Shown: positions 57,486 through 60,803 of the stretch, piece by piece
Layout of the letters: every line of letters starts with the position of its first letter
Position numbering within the stretch: the stretch's first letter is position 1
Assembly (NCBI GenBank): GCA_040377305.1
Contig: JBEIPA010000031.1
Location: forward strand, 1-60,803
Length of the DNA: 60,803 nt
Direction: 5' to 3'
Source of the DNA: Flavobacteriales bacterium
Lineage (GTDB): Bacteria > Bacteroidota > Bacteroidia > Palsa-965
Notes under the pieces: generated by a model
The model's database searches: none
What the model was told of the DNA's origin: nothing
The model's input: only the letters and a program-made list of their open reading frames with translations
Program-made: the position numbers and the translations under genes

Positions 57486-58020
57486 CTTTCTTCCAGTCTA
57501 TGGTAGCAAACATTTCAAATACTATTTTCTCTTGTTCTTCCGTCAGATTCTGCGCGCTCATGGACAGAGAATAATGGCAATCGCTAAAGTGAATACTCGA
57601 TGTGCCGATGCCCGTTTTTCTTGGTCGGGAATAAACGGCAAACCGCCCATTTACAACCTCCGTCCACACCAAATGTTCTGTTTCCGATTTGTAAAATTCC
57701 TCGCAGAAATCGAGGCTGCTTTCATTGTTCTGCTCCAGTTCATGGCTGGCGCAATCTTCATAATCTGCTCCGGTTTCGTGCCAGCTGTCGAAGTGAATTT
57801 CAATGCTGTCTTTGGTTGAAACCAGTGTCCCGGCTTTCGTATCTACACCGGATTCTATGTTCACTTCGTAATCGTCACGCGCCTGAATGGTCCACCCTCC
57901 CAGATCGAGCGTTTTCCATCCCGGATGTGAATATTTCACTGTGGGAACCGAATCCGAACAACCCGAAAGGAACAGTAGAACCGCTATGAGAACTGTAAAT
58001 GGAATCCGGGTGCGGTGCAT
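57469..58020 (-). CDS. Hypothetical lipoprotein (start probably 58020)
   Basis: Lipobox LSGC; GVDT.AG motif. Confidence 0.75.
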   Translation of the reverse strand: MHRTRIPFTVLIAVLLFLSGCSDSVPTVKYSHPGWKTLDLGGWTIQARDDYEVNIESGVDTKAGTLVSTKDSIEIHFDSWHETGADYEDCASHELEQNNESSLDFCEEFYKSETEHLVWTEVVNGRFAVYSRPRKTGIGTSSIHFSDCHYSLSMSAQNLTEEQEKIVFEMFATIDWKKDGTER

Positions 58021-58178
58021 GAGGTTCCAAAGGTATAGTTTCCTCCTTGTTTTCAAGCCAATACGGTAATCCGGTATTTTTTTCTAACAGTGTATTCCCC
58101 AATAGAAAAATGCGACTATATTTAAACTTCCCAAGCGGGAATCATCATTAACACACTTATTAACCCAAACACACAACC

Positions 58179-59312
58179 ATGGGATTATTTGACAAAATCA
58201 AGGGCGAATTTATTGACATTATCGAGTGGCTCGATAGTTCGAATGACACGATCGTGTTTCGCTTTCCACGTTACCAGAATGAGATCAAGAATGGTGCGAA
58301 ACTGACTGTACGCGAGTCGCAGGTTGCAGTGTTCGTTAACGAAGGTCAGATTGCTGACGTGTTTCAACCGGGCATGTATGAACTGAAGACGCAGAACTTA
58401 CCGATCCTCTCTACGCTGAAAGGCTGGAAGTACGGATTTGATTCTCCGTTCAAAGCAGAAGTTTATTTCGTGAACACCAAACAATTCACGAATTCAAAAT
58501 TCGGAACAAAGAATCCGTTTATGGTGCGCGACGCTGAGTTTGGTCCGCTTCGTATCCGTGCATTCGGATCTTATAACTTCCGCGTAACTGATGCTGCGAA
58601 ATTCCTCAAGGAAATTGCAGGCACAGACAACGAAGTAACTACTGAAGAAGTTACAGAGAACTTGCGTAACGTAGTTGTAACACGTTTCACCGACGCTGTT
58701 GCATCGAGCAAGATTCCTGTTCTCGATATGGCTTCGAACTACGATGAATTCTCGAAGCTCATCAAAGAAAAAATTGCGGAAGAGTTCGTTGAATACGGTT
58801 TGACTATCACGAAACTTCTCGTAGAAAACATTTCGTTGCCACCGGAAGTGGAAGCGATGATGGACAAGCGTTCGAGCATGGGCATCGTTGGAAACCTCGG
58901 TGCGTTCTCTCAGTTCCAGGCTGCTAACGCAATGGAAGCTGCTGCGAACAATCCAAACGGCGGCGGACTCATGGGCGCTGGTATGGGAATGGGAATGGGA
59001 ATGGGTATGGGCAACCAGATGGCTGGTATGTACAACCAGAACCAATTCAATCCGCAAACCGGAATGCAGAATCAGGGTCCTCCTTCTCCACCGCCACCAC
59101 CACCCGTATCGCAGTGGTTCGTTGCAGTGAATGGTGCTCAGCAAGGTCCTTATGATGAAGCTACTTTCCGCGCAATGATTACATCAGGCGTTGTGAAAAA
59201 AGAAAGCAATATCTGGAAAGCCGGAATGGCTGGTTGGCTGCCTGCAGGACAAGTTCCTGAGTTGGCAAATGCGTGGTCAATGATGCCGCCACCTCCGCCA
59301 CCTATGCCTTAA
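58179..59312 (+). CDS. SPFH/band-7 (YdjI-like) protein with a C-terminal GYF_2 domain
   Basis: LTVRESQVAVFV, PFKAEVYF, GMGMG linker, Q.GPY, WKAGMAGW.PA. Confidence 0.92.
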   Translation: MGLFDKIKGEFIDIIEWLDSSNDTIVFRFPRYQNEIKNGAKLTVRESQVAVFVNEGQIADVFQPGMYELKTQNLPILSTLKGWKYGFDSPFKAEVYFVNTKQFTNSKFGTKNPFMVRDAEFGPLRIRAFGSYNFRVTDAAKFLKEIAGTDNEVTTEEVTENLRNVVVTRFTDAVASSKIPVLDMASNYDEFSKLIKEKIAEEFVEYGLTITKLLVENISLPPEVEAMMDKRSSMGIVGNLGAFSQFQAANAMEAAANNPNGGGLMGAGMGMGMGMGMGNQMAGMYNQNQFNPQTGMQNQGPPSPPPPPPVSQWFVAVNGAQQGPYDEATFRAMITSGVVKKESNIWKAGMAGWLPAGQVPELANAWSMMPPPPPPMP

Positions 59313-59324
59313 CCCAAACTTGTT

Positions 59325-59496
59325 GCGCGCAAGCGCGCTTTGCCACAGATTCGCAGATTTCTCAGATTAAATGATTTTAAGTTTTGTTCTGAGTACTGCT
59401 AATCTGTGTTTGTAGTTTGATCATCCATCGAAAAAAAACAATCTGAGCAATCAGCGTAATCTGCGAATCTGTGGCACGAGTGCCGAAGGCGCAATA
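59325..59496. repeat. 9-nt-period inverted element, copy B
   Basis: TGCCACAGATTCGCAGATT...AATCTGCGAATCTGTGGCA with the same flanking hairpins as copy A. Confidence 0.88.
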
Positions 59497-59507
59497 AAAC
59501 CAACACC

Positions 59508-60623
59508 ATGAGCAACGAGTTTTCGGAGAAAACCCACGAGGTTGAATCGAAAGTAAAATGTAAAGACTGCGGCGCCATTCTGAAGTTCCACCCGGGACAA
59601 CAGAGTCTGAACTGCGAGTATTGCGGATGTCACAACGAACTGACTGACATCATCAAACCCGTAGCTGCCGAAGAAATTGACTTTGAAGCCTACCTCGCGA
59701 ATGCGGTTGCTGCTGCTCCTACCATTGCACAGACCACAGTGAAATGCGGAAGCTGCGGTGCATCGGCAACGATGAAACCAAACGTTACTGCAGACAGCTG
59801 TGCATTCTGCGGAACAGCGCTCATCGTTAAGAACGGAACGACTACAAACGTAATCGCGCCAAAGTATCTTCTTCCATTCTCTATCGACCTGAAAAAAGGG
59901 ATGGAGAATTTCAAGAAGTGGCTGCACGGTTTGTGGTTCGCACCAAACGATCTGAAACACGCTGCGCAGAACGACAAACTCAAAGGTGTTTATCTTCCTT
60001 ACTGGACCTACGATTCCAATACGTATTCACAGTATACCGGTATGCGTGGTGATCATTACTACGTAACTGAATCGTACACAGTGAACGGAAAAACACAAAC
60101 GCGTCAGGTGCAGAAAACACGCTGGACTCCGGCAAGCGGAAGTGTTTACGATAAGTTTGATGACGTGTTGGTACTTGCGTCGAACTCCTTGCCTGATAAA
60201 TACGCGAACGAACTCGAGCCTTGGGATCTGAACAACCTCACTGCATTCAACGAGCAATTCCTCAGCGGCTTTATCGCCGAGCAATACCAGATCGACGTAA
60301 AAGGTGGATTCGACAAAGCGAAGAAGCGCATGGATCCGATCATCCGCAAAACGGTGAACAGACACATCGGTGGCGACGTACAGCAAATCACAACGCTGAA
60401 TGTGCAGTACAACGACACTACATTTAAACACATCCTCTTACCGATCTGGATCAGCGCATTCAAGTACAACAACAAAGTGTACCGCTTCATGATCAATGGA
60501 AGAACGGGAGAAGTACAAGGCGAGCGTCCTTACAGCGCGTGGAAGATATTCTTTGCGATTCTTGGTGGTCTTGCTGTTATCGGCGGAGGAATCTGGGCGT
60601 ATATGGAATATGGGCAGGGTTAA
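59508..60623 (+). CDS. Double Zn-ribbon membrane-anchored protein, partner of the SPFH protein
   Basis: CKDCG/CEYCG/CGSCG/CAFCG, YLPYWTYD, NGRTGEVQGERP, C-terminal TM. Confidence 0.88.
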   Translation: MSNEFSEKTHEVESKVKCKDCGAILKFHPGQQSLNCEYCGCHNELTDIIKPVAAEEIDFEAYLANAVAAAPTIAQTTVKCGSCGASATMKPNVTADSCAFCGTALIVKNGTTTNVIAPKYLLPFSIDLKKGMENFKKWLHGLWFAPNDLKHAAQNDKLKGVYLPYWTYDSNTYSQYTGMRGDHYYVTESYTVNGKTQTRQVQKTRWTPASGSVYDKFDDVLVLASNSLPDKYANELEPWDLNNLTAFNEQFLSGFIAEQYQIDVKGGFDKAKKRMDPIIRKTVNRHIGGDVQQITTLNVQYNDTTFKHILLPIWISAFKYNNKVYRFMINGRTGEVQGERPYSAWKIFFAILGGLAVIGGGIWAYMEYGQG

Positions 60624-60656
60624 TGATGAGATGATAAGATGATTTGATGATAAGAT

Positions 60657-60688
60657 AGAGCCGCTCGGAAAAGGGCGGCTCTTTTTTT
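60657..60688 (+). terminator. Intrinsic terminator
   Basis: AGAGCCGCTC-GGAAAA-GGGCGGCTCT-TTTTTT. Confidence 0.85.
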
Positions 60689-60700
60689 GAAAATAGACTA

Positions 60701-60803
60701 ATGAATAAAAAAGAAGTCGAGGAGCACTTTTCCAAGCTTGCGCAAAAGCGTCATACTATTTTGCCCAATACCTTCACAGTTCAATTAAGATCAGCAGATG
60801 GAT
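60701..60803 (+). CDS. Partial ORF running off the window
   Basis: MNKKEVEEHFSKLAQKR..., open to the end of the window. Confidence 0.4.
   Translation, partial: MNKKEVEEHFSKLAQKRHTILPNTFTVQLRSADG

Noticed and set aside
58971-59011. ATGGGA hexamer run as a phase-variation tract
   Set aside because: It is the in-frame GMGMG linker typical of this SPFH family; unit changes would not shift the frame.

Overview
A 60.8-kb chromosomal segment from a Bacteroidota bacterium (two T9SS C-terminal sorting-domain proteins, many TAnnTTTG -7 promoter boxes just upstream of starts). It is mostly housekeeping: clpC (frameshifted), gyrA, an OmpR-type two-component pair, iscS-like desulfurase, glmM, a TPR-comA-rhodanese-dedA-aroE cluster, bshB1, glutathione peroxidase, a ccmB/C/D/E/E/F locus, kdsC-like, a UbiA-family prenyltransferase, maf, a YhiN-family flavoprotein and an SPFH/Zn-ribbon pair, with single ORFans between them. 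I found no CRISPR array, prophage, intact transposase, intact tRNA or rRNA. The unusual signal is non-coding and structural. (1) The left edge has a tandem unit made of a small GIY-YIG nuclease gene, the 3' half of a tRNA and a terminator; one copy carries a 28-nt hairpin inserted in the T-loop. (2) There is a dense set of REP/MITE-like palindromes, some in frame inside aroE, a DCC-family gene and the YhiN gene. (3) There are inverted arrays of 8-9-nt repeats with different sequences but the same architecture, and two of them bracket ORFans. (4) There are diverged duplications of gene ends and regulatory boxes next to insertions. Together these suggest a hairpin-based micro-mobility or gene-capture process. 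That mechanism is inference, and all family assignments come from motif recognition, not database searches.
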